A stretch of 64,000 bases of DNA from an uncultured delta proteobacterium (GTDB lineage Bacteria > Desulfobacterota > Binatia > Binatales > Binataceae): positions 2,372,311 to 2,436,310 of the forward strand of contig CAWFIF010000001.1 in NCBI GenBank assembly GCA_963815835.1. Direction: 5' to 3'. This document shows positions 46,606-57,120 of the stretch, piece by piece. Position 1 is the first letter of the stretch. Every line of letters starts with the position of its first letter. The position numbers and the translations under genes were made by a program. Below the pieces are notes generated by a model that searched no databases, had not been told where the DNA came from, and worked only from the letters and a program-made list of their open reading frames with translations.

Positions 46606-48648
46606 TCAGCGCAATAGCGAGCCTCGCCGCATCCGCACCAATTCGCCGCTTTTAAGCGCCGGGGCCGGCATCTCTTCGGCGCCGGGCTTTGCCAGCCGCG
46701 CCTTAAAGTTCGAAAGCGCCAGCAGCGGGAAATAATGGGGGTACAGGTAGTAGCGCATGTAGAAATGATTCGGGAACCCGTTTCCGGTAAAGGCGTGCTC
46801 GTCCCACGAGCCCGCCGGATTTTGCCGCTCCAGGAGCCATCTCACCCCCCGCAGCACGTTCTCGCCGATCTCATCTTCGCCCGCGAGAAGCCCGATGAGC
46901 GCCCACGCCGTTTGCGAGGCCGTGCTTTCTCCGCGCCCGCGCCAGCCCGGATCTTTGTCGCTGAGGCAGCTCTCGCCCCATCCGCCGTCTTCGTTCTGTT
47001 TTGATTTGAGCCAGTCCACGGCGCGCCGAATCCACGGCTCGCGACGGTCCACGCCGATCGCGTGAAGTCCGAGCAGCGCGGAGAAAGTTCCATAGATGTG
47101 GTTGACGCCCCATCGCCCCCACCATGATCCCTCGGGCGACTGGTTGCGCTGCAGCCACTTGATCGCGCGCCGCGCCACCGGATGATCCTTCGTGTAGTGC
47201 AACGCCCCCAGCATCTCGAGAACGCGGCCCGTGAGATCGGGACACGATGGATCGGTGATGGCCTCGACATCGGCGAGCGGCAACTGATTCAGCCACTTCG
47301 AGTCGGTGTCGGTGTCGAAGGCCGCGAAACCGCCATCTTTTGATTGCATCCCGTTGACCCAGTTGGCGCCGGCGGCGATCGCGTGCTGCTTCGTCGCGTC
47401 ATCGCGGCTTCCCATCTCGGAGAGCACCCCGACGATCACCGCCGAATCATCGACATCGGGGTAAGCATTGTTGAAGAACTCGAAAGGCCATCCGCCCGGT
47501 TGCAGGTTGGGTCGTTTGATCGACCAGTCGCCGGGGGCGAAGACCTGGTGATCGATGAACCACTGCGTCGCCGCAATCAGCGCTGGATGATCGGCGGGTA
47601 TCCCCGATGCGACTAGCGCCTTGCACGCAAGCGCGGTGTTCCAGTTAGGCGATACGCACGGCATGTAGAGCGCCTTGTCGCCCATCTCCCAAATCAGCTC
47701 GCGCGAGGCCTCGATCGATTTGCGGATCACCGGATGCTCGTTGCAATACCCGATCGCTTTTAGCGCCATCGGGCTCAGCAGATAGCAGGGCTCGATTCCG
47801 CCGAAGGAGCCGTTCGCTTCCTGATGATCGATCAGCCACTTCTCCGCGGCCTGGCTCGCTGTCGCACGCAGCTGCTTCGGCGGATGGCGGTCGTAGAGGC
47901 GCAGCAACCGATCGACCTGGTTCAGAATGTTGCGCATCGAAAAGGTGGTCGCGCCGCGCGGCTGCTTGAAATTCGTCCGCTCAGGCGGCTCATCGAACAG
48001 CTCGGCGATCAGGTTGCCTTCGGCGACCCGGTGCACCGGCTTCGCCGACTGGAGCAGCGCCAATGCGACGAAGGTTCCACGCGCCCACGACCCCAGCTCA
48101 TAGATGTTGAATGGGAACCAGTTCGGCAGCAGCATCAATTCGACCGGACATCCCGCCGTCGAACTCCATGGCACCAGACCTATCGATGCGAGGTAAAAGC
48201 GCGCGAGGGTCCCTGCGCGTGTCATTCCGCCGTTGGCCTTAATCCATCTGCGTGCGCGGACCAGCGGCGCGTCGTCGGCGCTCATGCCGGCCAGCTTCAA
48301 CGCGGCGTAGGCCTCGATGGTATAGGACGCGTATCCCTCGCCGCCCGGGAAGAGGTTCCAGCTTCCATCGGGCTGCTGGGTGTCGAGCAGATATTTCGCG
48401 ATCCTCGCCTCGAGGTCGCGATCGACGCTGCCCATGAAGTGACTGAAGATGATGAACTCAGCGTTCATCTGGGCGGGAGCTTCCAGCGCGGCATCCCAGT
48501 AGCCTTCGGGATGCTGGAGGGCGAGCAGCGAACGGCGGGCACGCTCGATCGACCAATCCAAACCCACCAGAAAATCGTCGCGGTGGGAATAAACATCCTG
48601 TTCCCGACCAACTCCGATCTGGAAACTCGCACTCATAAGCCCCCCCAC
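46606..48648 (-). CDS. shc: squalene-hopene cyclase
   Basis: 680 aa. Repeated QW motifs (QxxxGxW) and the catalytic DVDDSAV (DxDD) motif. Confidence 0.9.
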   Translation of the reverse strand: MGGLMSASFQIGVGREQDVYSHRDDFLVGLDWSIERARRSLLALQHPEGYWDAALEAPAQMNAEFIIFSHFMGSVDRDLEARIAKYLLDTQQPDGSWNLFPGGEGYASYTIEAYAALKLAGMSADDAPLVRARRWIKANGGMTRAGTLARFYLASIGLVPWSSTAGCPVELMLLPNWFPFNIYELGSWARGTFVALALLQSAKPVHRVAEGNLIAELFDEPPERTNFKQPRGATTFSMRNILNQVDRLLRLYDRHPPKQLRATASQAAEKWLIDHQEANGSFGGIEPCYLLSPMALKAIGYCNEHPVIRKSIEASRELIWEMGDKALYMPCVSPNWNTALACKALVASGIPADHPALIAATQWFIDHQVFAPGDWSIKRPNLQPGGWPFEFFNNAYPDVDDSAVIVGVLSEMGSRDDATKQHAIAAGANWVNGMQSKDGGFAAFDTDTDSKWLNQLPLADVEAITDPSCPDLTGRVLEMLGALHYTKDHPVARRAIKWLQRNQSPEGSWWGRWGVNHIYGTFSALLGLHAIGVDRREPWIRRAVDWLKSKQNEDGGWGESCLSDKDPGWRGRGESTASQTAWALIGLLAGEDEIGENVLRGVRWLLERQNPAGSWDEHAFTGNGFPNHFYMRYYLYPHYFPLLALSNFKARLAKPGAEEMPAPALKSGELVRMRRGSLLR

Positions 48649-49027
48649 CGCCCGGACCAGTTGGCCGCTTTATGCTCCCCAGAACCAACCCGCAGCCCCA
48701 CTAACCTCAGATCTTCAGGTGTGCTCCGGGCCGGTTATCCACACCTGCCGATAGAGTGTCGGAATATACACTTATCAGGAAGTTAAGCCAAGGGTGACAA
48801 TCATAGGCAATAAGAGACGCCAACTGACTGTGTTCGCACAATGACGACCGATCTTGTTATCCAGCAGGCGACATAGGTCACGTACGATAGTTGCTCTTTG
48901 CTTATTGCTTATTCGTCGCAGAACTTCATTTAATTTAACTCCCTTTTGAGGCGCGCGCTTTCGCGAGGATGCCGCTTTATGCGAAGCTTGCCCGCATTGT
49001 CGAGCGAGCGCATTCTGGCGGCTACTT

Positions 49028-52000
49028 TTGGCGCCATTCACGCCCAGGAGAGGGCTCTTGGCTTTCAGTGGTTCGACCAACATCCGTCGCCGTCCGAGTT
49101 ATCGGTCCCTCGCGCGATGCCTGCTCCTCCTACCTGCGTTTCTCCTTGCGATTTCTGCCGCCGCGCATGCCGAATCGCACCCCCGCGTGCTCCGGTTTTC
49201 TCCTCAGGGAACCGTCAAAAATGTCAGGCAGGTTGTCGCGCAATTCTCGGAGCCGATGGTGCCGCTCGGAAGAGCCTTTGGAGGCGCGATGCCGTTCGAC
49301 ATCGAATGCCCCGAGAAAGGCTCCGCGCGTTGGATCGATACGGCTCGATGGGCCTATGACTTTGCGCACGACCTCCCCGCCGGTGTGCGATGTACGTTCC
49401 GACTGCGCGACAATCTGCGCACCCTCGCCGGAACGCCATTCGCGTCGCGACCGGAGTTCAGTTTCGATACCGGCGGACCCGCCATCCTCGAGTCGATGCC
49501 GTGGCAAGGGAGCGAGGATATCGACGAACAGCAGGCGTTTGTGCTGGTGCTGGACGCCGAGCCCGACATCGCGTCGGTTATCGCCCACGCGGGATTTTCC
49601 ATCGCGGGTATTCCCGAACGGGTCGGCGTCAGTGTTCTAAGCGGCGCCGATCGCGACATCCTGCTCAAACATTTCAAGTACTTCATCTCGAATCGCCCCG
49701 TCCTCGTGCTGCAGGCGAAGCAGAGTTTTCCCAACGGCGCCGCGGTCAGCCTGATTTGGGGCAAGGGGATCAAGACCGCGTCCGGCGTCGCGACCACGCG
49801 CGATCAATCGCTCAACTACAAAACCCGCAAGCCATTCGAGGCCGCGCTCAGGTGCGAGCGCGAGAATGCGCATGCCGCGTGCATCCCGGTCACGCCGCTG
49901 TCGATTTGGTTCAGCGAACCGATCGCGATTGCGCTCGCGAAGCAGGTTGCTCTCCTCGCGCCCGACGGCTCGCGCATCGCACCCAGCTTCTCGAACGACG
50001 ATCAAGGCAATCCGCTGATTTCCGAGGTGACTTTTCGCGGCCCCTTCAAGGAATCGGCGCAGTACAAAATCGAGCTCCCGCCGAACGTCGTGGATGACTC
50101 CGGGCACGCGCTCTCGAACGCCTCGCGCTTTCCGATGACGGTCGCGACCGGCGAGTTTCCGCCGCTCGCGAAATTCTCCTCGCGTTTCGGCATCATCGAG
50201 GCGGTCGATCCGGTGCTGCCGGTCACGGTGCGCAATCTTGAGCCGCGGATCCATGGCCATCAGATGCGCGTGGACGCGAGCGCGTCGGCGAATGAAGACC
50301 TGATGACCCGCATCGAGGCGACCCTATGGCGCATGCCCGATCCGGACGCGGCATCAGCGCTTTCCTGGATGCGCAAGGTCGCGCGCGCGCATCGCGCCGC
50401 GTCCGTCTTCGCTGATAATCCGAAATCCGGCGCGCGCGAGTTCACGCTGCCCAAGCCCAACGGCGCCAACGCTTTCGAGGTGATGGGGATCCCGCTCAAG
50501 CGAACCGGATTCTACGTCGTGGAACTCGAGAGCAAGCGCCTCGGGCAGAGTCTCCTCGACAAGGACGCGCCGATGTACGTGCCGACCATCGCGCTGGTCA
50601 CCGACCTCGCGGTGCATCTCAAGAAGGGCAATCAGAACTCGCTCATCTGGGTCACCGAGCTCGAAAGCGCCAAGCCGGTCCCCGACGCGACGGTCGCGAT
50701 CGCCGACTGCAACGGCAAGGAGCTTTGGTATGGCAGTACCGACTCGCGCGGCCTCGCGATCGTCTCGGGCGTGTCGGCGCTGAACGCGCTGCCTCGATGC
50801 GACCGTCCCAACGACGAGCATCCCGATCCCGATTCATTTTCCGAACAGGTAGTGCCCATTAGCGACCTTGATTCGGGGGTGATTGTGACCGCGCGCAAGG
50901 GCGCGGACTTCAGCTTCGTCCATTCCAGTTGGCAGCAGGGCATCGAGGCGTGGCGCTTTCATCTTCCCAGCGACTACCAATCGCCGAACATCGCCGCGCA
51001 TACGGTGCTCGATCGTCCGCTGTTCCGCGCCGGCGAAACGGTCCACATGAAGCATTTCATCCGCGCGAAAACCCTCGACGGCTTTTCAATTCCGCGCCCC
51101 GACGAATTGCCGAACTCGCTCTCGATTCGGTACTTGGGCACCGACGAGCACTACGATTTCGATCTGACCTGGAACCCCAACGGCACCGCCGAATTGGACT
51201 GGGAGATTCCCAAAACCGCCAAGCTCGGCGAGTACCAAATCACGATGGCGCGTACGAAGACGACCGCGACGCCGAGTGCCGACGATTCCGGCGACAACGG
51301 GACTTCCTTGCAACTGAGCAGCGGCAGTTTTCGGGTCGAGGAATTTCGCGTGCCGCTCATGCGCGGCGCAATCCGGATGCCGACCGCTCCGCAGGTCGCG
51401 GTGACCAGCGTTCCGATCGATGTCAGCGCGGAATATCTCTCGGGCGGCGCGGCCAAGGGGCTTCCGGTGACCGTTCTCAGCCAACTCAATCCCAACGCGT
51501 TCCCCCAATTCCCCGACTTCGAGAATTTCACTTTTGCGAATGGCGCCGTGACCGAGGGCGTCGTGCGCGTGGGCGAGGACGAGGAAGGAGGGACGCCCGC
51601 GCAGCATGAGGGCGTTCATCAACGAATCGACCTGGTGCTCGACGCGGCGGGCGGCGCGCGCACCGAGATTACCGGCATCAAGACCGCGCCTACGCCCGTC
51701 GAGCTGAACGCCGAGATGGAATTTCGCGATCCCAACGGCGAAACGCAGACTGTCTCCAACAAGACGATAATTTGGCCGGCCAGGCGGCTGGTAGGAATTT
51801 CAATTCCCGATTGGATCGCCGCAACCGACAAGCCCAAGGTGCACGTCGCGGTGGTGGACGATACCGGCAAGCCGCTCGCGGGCGCGCCGGTCCAGGTCAC
51901 GCTCTTCAGCCGCAAACGCTATGGCTATCGCAAGCGCCTGATTGGCGGATTTTACGCCTACGAGAGCATCACCGATACGAAACGCATCGGCGAATTGTAC

Positions 52001-54865
52001 TCGGGCGCGACCGACAGCCACGGCCTGATGGTATGCGAAGCGAAAACCGCCGCGACCGGCGAGGTCGTCGCGCAAGCGACCGTGAGCGACGATGTCGGCC
52101 ACACGTCGTCGTCATTTGCGGAAGTCTACATTCCCGGAGACGATCGCTTCGTGTTTCGCGGCCACGACGACGACCGGATGGACGTGCTGCCCGAGCAGCC
52201 GCAATACCAGCCGGGCGACACCGCGCGCTTCCAGGTCCGGATGCCGTTCGGCGGAGCGACCGCATTGGTCACCGTCGAGCGCGAAGGAGTGATCGCGTCC
52301 TCGGTGCTGCAGCTCTCGGGGAAGGACCCGAGCATCACGTTGCCGGTGCGCGAGTACGCGCCCAACGTGTTCGTCTCGGTGCTGGCGGTGCGAGGCAGGG
52401 TCGGCTCGATTCAGCCGACCGCGATGGTTGACCTCGGCAAGCCGGCCTTCAAGCTGGGTATCGCGGAAATCCGCGTGGGATGGCGCGACCATGAACTCAA
52501 GGTCGGCGTCGTGCCGGAGCGCACGGTCTATCACGTTCGCGAAAAAGCGCACGTGAAAATTTCGGTGCGAACCGCGTCGGGGAATGGGCCGCCCGCGGGA
52601 AGTGAGATCGCGCTTGCGGCGGTCAACGAGGGCCTCCTCGAGCTGATGCACAACGACAGTTGGAAACTCCTCGACGCGATGATGGGACGGCGCTCGTATC
52701 AAATCGAAACTTCAACCGCGCAGATGGAGGTGGTCGGCAAGCGCCATTACGGATTGAAGGCAATTCCGCCGGGTGGTGGAGGTGGGCGGCAGATCACGCG
52801 CAAACTCTTCGACACGCTGTTGCTGTGGAAAGCGCGGGTCGCGCTCGATGCGAACGGCGACGCCTCGGTCGAGGTGCCGCTCAACGATTCGCTGACCAGC
52901 TTTCGCATCGTCGCGATCGCGAGCGCCGAGGCGGGACTCTTCGGCACCGGCGCGGCGAGTATCAGATCGACGCAGGACCTGATGATCCTGCCGGGCATTT
53001 CGCCAATCATTCGCCTCGGTGACGCATTCTCGGCGGAGTTCACGGTGCGTAACGCCTCGGAACGCCGACTCGATGTCGGAATCAAGAACGACATGGTAGG
53101 GCTCTATCAACTGAAGGAGCAGAAAATCACCCTCGATCCCGGTTTCGGAAAAATCCTGACCTGGAACGTCGCCATCCCAACCACCTCGCCGGACGAGCTG
53201 ACCTACCACGTCGATGCGGTCGCGAAGGATGCTTCCGATCATCTGCAGGTAACCCAGCGCGTCCTGCCTGCCGTGCCGGTGCGGACGTATCAGGCCACGC
53301 TGATGCGCCTCGACAAGCCGCTCGACATTCCGGTTGCCGCACCGCAGGGCGCGCTTCCAGACGTTGGCGGTATCGTCGTCGGGTTGCGTCCGTCGCTGCT
53401 CGCGGGTTTGGAGGCGGTGCGCAATTGGATGCGCGACTATCCGTACCTATGCCTCGAGCAACGAGTCTCGCGCGCAGTGGCGCTTCATGATGCGAAGCTC
53501 TGGAGCGATGTGGTGGCGGAGCTTCCTTCGTATGTCGATTCCGACGGGTTGCTGAAATATTTCGCGATGATGCAGCAGGGCAGCGATGTTCTTACCTCCT
53601 ACGTGCTTGCGGTCACCAACGAAGCCGGGCTGAAGCTTCCCGCTCCGCTCGAAGAACAGATGCGCGCCGGGCTGCGAGGTTTCGTCGAAGGCAAGATCAT
53701 CCGCGACGAATCGATTCAGACCGTCGATCTCCCGATGCGCAAGCTAGCCGCGATCGAAGCGCTCGCGCGAGTCGGAAAAATCGAGCCGGATCTCCTCGGC
53801 AGCCTCACCATCGAGCCGAATCTGTGGCCCGACTCTGCCGTGCTGGATTGGTGGAGCATCCTGTTGCGCACCGAAGCGATTCCCGATCGCCAAAAGCGCA
53901 TCGAAAAGGCCGAGCAGATCATTCGCTCGCGGCTCAACTCGCAGGGCACCGCGATGCATTTCTCGAGCGATCCGCGCAACAACTTCTGGTGGCTGATGGT
54001 GTCGCCGTCCGAAAACATGGCGCGCCTCACGTTGCTGCTCCTCGACAACAAGCTCTGGAGTGACGACATCTCGCGCGTGACCTCCGGCATGATCGCGATG
54101 CAGGTTCGCGGCAACTGGGGGACCACCGTCGCGAACGCATGGGGCACGCTCGCGACCGAGAGATTTGCCGCCGCTTACGAATCGCAACCGGTGACGGGCG
54201 AGACTGTGGCGACGCTGAATGCCGCAAGGCAGGTCCTCGCGTGGCAAAAAAATTCAGGCGGCGGAAAATTGGAAATCGCGTGGCCCGCGGCGCAGGGCGA
54301 TTTACATCTTGAGCAATCGGGAACGGGAAATCCGTGGGCTATCGTTCAGGCCAATGCCGCAGTACCGATCACGCAATCGATCTCGAGCGGCTATACCATC
54401 ACGAAAACCCTCACGCCGGTTGACGCTTCGCACACCGGTGGATGGCGTCAGGGCGATCTTGTCCGCGTCCACCTCAAGATCGACGCGCAAAGCGATATGA
54501 CATGGGTCGTCGTGAACGATCCGATTCCGGCCGGCGCGTCGCATCTCGGCGGCGGTCTGCTGCGCGATTCTCAGATCGCAGTCTCCGGCGAACAGCGATC
54601 GACCGAGGCACTGCTCATGAACACTCGCGGCGGACTGACTCTCGCGCTTGAGAGCGACCTGTTCTGGCCCGATTTCGTCGAGCGGCCGTTCGACGCCTAT
54701 CGCGGTTACTATCACTACATTCCGAAGGGCAGCTTCGAGGTCGAGCATACGATTCGACTCAACCAGGCCGGTCAGTTCCAGATGCCCTCGACGCGGGTCG
54801 AGGCGCTGTACGAGCCGGAGATGTTCGGCGAGATTCCCAACGTTCGCTTCGATGTGGCGCAATGA
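49028..54865 (+). CDS. bacterial alpha-2-macroglobulin family protein (thioester-containing)
   Basis: 1945 aa. Signal peptide, multiple MG domains, thioester motif CLEQ (DYPYLCLEQRVS), and a C-terminal receptor-binding-like domain. A TTG start at 49028 or 49058 (the latter follows AGGAGA) is possible. Confidence 0.9.
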   Translation: MAPFTPRRGLLAFSGSTNIRRRPSYRSLARCLLLLPAFLLAISAAAHAESHPRVLRFSPQGTVKNVRQVVAQFSEPMVPLGRAFGGAMPFDIECPEKGSARWIDTARWAYDFAHDLPAGVRCTFRLRDNLRTLAGTPFASRPEFSFDTGGPAILESMPWQGSEDIDEQQAFVLVLDAEPDIASVIAHAGFSIAGIPERVGVSVLSGADRDILLKHFKYFISNRPVLVLQAKQSFPNGAAVSLIWGKGIKTASGVATTRDQSLNYKTRKPFEAALRCERENAHAACIPVTPLSIWFSEPIAIALAKQVALLAPDGSRIAPSFSNDDQGNPLISEVTFRGPFKESAQYKIELPPNVVDDSGHALSNASRFPMTVATGEFPPLAKFSSRFGIIEAVDPVLPVTVRNLEPRIHGHQMRVDASASANEDLMTRIEATLWRMPDPDAASALSWMRKVARAHRAASVFADNPKSGAREFTLPKPNGANAFEVMGIPLKRTGFYVVELESKRLGQSLLDKDAPMYVPTIALVTDLAVHLKKGNQNSLIWVTELESAKPVPDATVAIADCNGKELWYGSTDSRGLAIVSGVSALNALPRCDRPNDEHPDPDSFSEQVVPISDLDSGVIVTARKGADFSFVHSSWQQGIEAWRFHLPSDYQSPNIAAHTVLDRPLFRAGETVHMKHFIRAKTLDGFSIPRPDELPNSLSIRYLGTDEHYDFDLTWNPNGTAELDWEIPKTAKLGEYQITMARTKTTATPSADDSGDNGTSLQLSSGSFRVEEFRVPLMRGAIRMPTAPQVAVTSVPIDVSAEYLSGGAAKGLPVTVLSQLNPNAFPQFPDFENFTFANGAVTEGVVRVGEDEEGGTPAQHEGVHQRIDLVLDAAGGARTEITGIKTAPTPVELNAEMEFRDPNGETQTVSNKTIIWPARRLVGISIPDWIAATDKPKVHVAVVDDTGKPLAGAPVQVTLFSRKRYGYRKRLIGGFYAYESITDTKRIGELYSGATDSHGLMVCEAKTAATGEVVAQATVSDDVGHTSSSFAEVYIPGDDRFVFRGHDDDRMDVLPEQPQYQPGDTARFQVRMPFGGATALVTVEREGVIASSVLQLSGKDPSITLPVREYAPNVFVSVLAVRGRVGSIQPTAMVDLGKPAFKLGIAEIRVGWRDHELKVGVVPERTVYHVREKAHVKISVRTASGNGPPAGSEIALAAVNEGLLELMHNDSWKLLDAMMGRRSYQIETSTAQMEVVGKRHYGLKAIPPGGGGGRQITRKLFDTLLLWKARVALDANGDASVEVPLNDSLTSFRIVAIASAEAGLFGTGAASIRSTQDLMILPGISPIIRLGDAFSAEFTVRNASERRLDVGIKNDMVGLYQLKEQKITLDPGFGKILTWNVAIPTTSPDELTYHVDAVAKDASDHLQVTQRVLPAVPVRTYQATLMRLDKPLDIPVAAPQGALPDVGGIVVGLRPSLLAGLEAVRNWMRDYPYLCLEQRVSRAVALHDAKLWSDVVAELPSYVDSDGLLKYFAMMQQGSDVLTSYVLAVTNEAGLKLPAPLEEQMRAGLRGFVEGKIIRDESIQTVDLPMRKLAAIEALARVGKIEPDLLGSLTIEPNLWPDSAVLDWWSILLRTEAIPDRQKRIEKAEQIIRSRLNSQGTAMHFSSDPRNNFWWLMVSPSENMARLTLLLLDNKLWSDDISRVTSGMIAMQVRGNWGTTVANAWGTLATERFAAAYESQPVTGETVATLNAARQVLAWQKNSGGGKLEIAWPAAQGDLHLEQSGTGNPWAIVQANAAVPITQSISSGYTITKTLTPVDASHTGGWRQGDLVRVHLKIDAQSDMTWVVVNDPIPAGASHLGGGLLRDSQIAVSGEQRSTEALLMNTRGGLTLALESDLFWPDFVERPFDAYRGYYHYIPKGSFEVEHTIRLNQAGQFQMPSTRVEALYEPEMFGEIPNVRFDVAQ

Positions 54866-57054
54866 AGATTCTTCGGATGCGCGCAGTCCTCTCTCTGAGT
54901 GCCGTCGTCGCGATTGCGGCGATTTGTGGCGGATGGCTTCTTTCATCGCCGGACCTGCCAAAGTTTTCCGAGGTACGCGCGCGATGGAATCCGTCGGATG
55001 CGCAACTGCTCGATCGAAATGGTGAGCCGATTCACGAAATCAGAATCGATCGCCACGGGCGTCGCCTCGCGTGGACCTCGCTGCGCGACATCTCGCCGGC
55101 GCTTCAGCAGGAAGTCATCGCATCGGAGGATCATCGCTTCGCGACGCATCGTGGTGTCAACGTGATCGCGGTTGCCGCCGTGCTAGGGAAGGGCGTCGTC
55201 AGAGGACGTCCGCGTGGTGCGAGCACGATTACGATGCAGTTGGTGGCGATGCTCGATCCGGAGTTGCGGCGCAAGACGCATCATCGCGGGATCGCGCAGA
55301 AGCTTGCGCAGATGAGAGCGGCATTCGCGCTTGAGGGCCGATGGTCGAAGGACGAAATCCTCGAGAGCTATCTGAACATGGTCACCTGGCGCGGCGAGTT
55401 GCAGGGAATCGGCGCCGCCTCGCGGGTGATGTTCGGCAAGGCGCCGCACGGCATCAATCGCGCCGAAGCGATGGTGCTCGCGTCATTGTTGCGCGCACCC
55501 AATGCGAATCGCGCCGCGGTAGAGCGTCGCGCACTTCGGCTTCGGCGAGACACTGCGCACGCGCCGAGTGAGAGAGATGTCGCGGCGGCGATCGACACGG
55601 CGTTCGCGCGTAATCCCAGCCGCTTCGCCAGGCTGGCGCTCGCGCCTCATCTGGCGCAACGCCTGATGCCGGAGGGCAGTGCGCAGGCGCGATGCACCTT
55701 GGATCGCGACCTTCAACGACTCGCGGTAGACAGCCTCCGCCATCAGGTCGCCGAAGTTCGCGATCGCAACGTCGATGATGGGGCCGTGCTGGTCGCTGAC
55801 AATTCGACCGGTGAAGTGTGGGCATATGTCGGAGGTGCCGGCGAGTTTTCTGCCGCCCGTTATGTCGACGCGGTCCACGCCCTGCGTCAGCCGGGCTCTG
55901 CGCTCAAACCATTTTTGTATGCGCTTGCAATCGAGCGGCGGCTGCTCACCCCAGCTTCGATCCTCGACGATTCGCCGCTTGAACTGCCTGAGCAGCGCGG
56001 GCTTTATCGCCCACTCGACTACGACCGTCGCTTCCGCGGCCTTGTCTCGATGCGTACCGCGCTCGCGTCGTCGCTAAACGTTCCTGCTGTGAGGACCGCG
56101 GACATGGTGGGCGTCGATCAGTTTGTCGAGCACCTTCGCGCGCTGGGATTCGATGGCGTGTCGGAAGGGGGCGATTACTATGGCGGCGCCGTCGCGCTCG
56201 GTTCTCCGGATGTGACGCTATGGCAGATTGTCAACGCATATCGCACGCTCGCCAACGGCGGCGAATGGTCGCCATTGCACGTGCAGCAGGGAACTCCTGA
56301 GTCGTCGCGTCGGCGCATTTATAGCCACGAAACCGCTTATTTGATTTCAGATATCCTTTCCGATCGCGCCAGCCGCAGTGCGACGTTTGGCCTCGAAAAT
56401 AGTCTCGCGACCCCGTTCTGGAGCGCAGTAAAAACCGGAACCAGCAAGGACATGCGGGACAACTGGTGCGTCGGCTATACGCGGCGCTTCACGATTGGCG
56501 TGTGGGTGGGGAATTCTTCGGGCGCGCCGATGCGCGACATCACGGGCATGACCGGCGCCGCGCCTGTATGGCTCGAGGTCGTCAGCTACCTGCATCAGCG
56601 CTTTGGCGAACCCGACGATGCTGCACGGCCTCGCGGGCTGGTCGCCAGCCGGGTCGCGTTTCCCAATTCGATAGAACCGGCGCGCAATGAGCTATTCATC
56701 GCCGGAACCGAACCGAATACCGCCACGATACGGCTCGATTCCCGCCGCGCGCGCATAACTTCGCCGACAGATGGAAGTATCGTCGCATTCGATCCCGACA
56801 TTCCCATTGAGCGCCAGAAGATCTCATTCGAAGGCTCGCACTGCACGGTTGCGATGCATTGGAAGCTTGATGGGTCGGATCTTGGCGTGGCAAACGCGTC
56901 GCAGTTGTGGACGCCGATCGCAGGATCGCATCGTTTGGCGCTGATGGATCGATCGGACCACGTGATCGATGCGGTGACGTTTCAGGTTCGCGGCGCGCGT
57001 GAGGTTAGTGGCGAGCCTGAAGGCTCGGTGCTGCCCGTCGCCGAGAAACCGTAA
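54862..57054 (+). CDS. pbpC: penicillin-binding protein 1C
   Basis: ATGA overlap with the A2M gene. N-terminal TM anchor; GT51 transglycosylase motifs (EDHRFATHRGVN, TITMQL); transpeptidase motifs SALKP, SLN and KTGTS; and a C-terminal PBP1C-specific domain. Confidence 0.9.
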   Translation: MKILRMRAVLSLSAVVAIAAICGGWLLSSPDLPKFSEVRARWNPSDAQLLDRNGEPIHEIRIDRHGRRLAWTSLRDISPALQQEVIASEDHRFATHRGVNVIAVAAVLGKGVVRGRPRGASTITMQLVAMLDPELRRKTHHRGIAQKLAQMRAAFALEGRWSKDEILESYLNMVTWRGELQGIGAASRVMFGKAPHGINRAEAMVLASLLRAPNANRAAVERRALRLRRDTAHAPSERDVAAAIDTAFARNPSRFARLALAPHLAQRLMPEGSAQARCTLDRDLQRLAVDSLRHQVAEVRDRNVDDGAVLVADNSTGEVWAYVGGAGEFSAARYVDAVHALRQPGSALKPFLYALAIERRLLTPASILDDSPLELPEQRGLYRPLDYDRRFRGLVSMRTALASSLNVPAVRTADMVGVDQFVEHLRALGFDGVSEGGDYYGGAVALGSPDVTLWQIVNAYRTLANGGEWSPLHVQQGTPESSRRRIYSHETAYLISDILSDRASRSATFGLENSLATPFWSAVKTGTSKDMRDNWCVGYTRRFTIGVWVGNSSGAPMRDITGMTGAAPVWLEVVSYLHQRFGEPDDAARPRGLVASRVAFPNSIEPARNELFIAGTEPNTATIRLDSRRARITSPTDGSIVAFDPDIPIERQKISFEGSHCTVAMHWKLDGSDLGVANASQLWTPIAGSHRLALMDRSDHVIDAVTFQVRGAREVSGEPEGSVLPVAEKP

Positions 57055-57120
57055 CGACACCGGCCCGGCTCCTCTACATTCGCGGTTGATTTTGGCGGTC
57101 CGATCGGCGACTAACGCATC

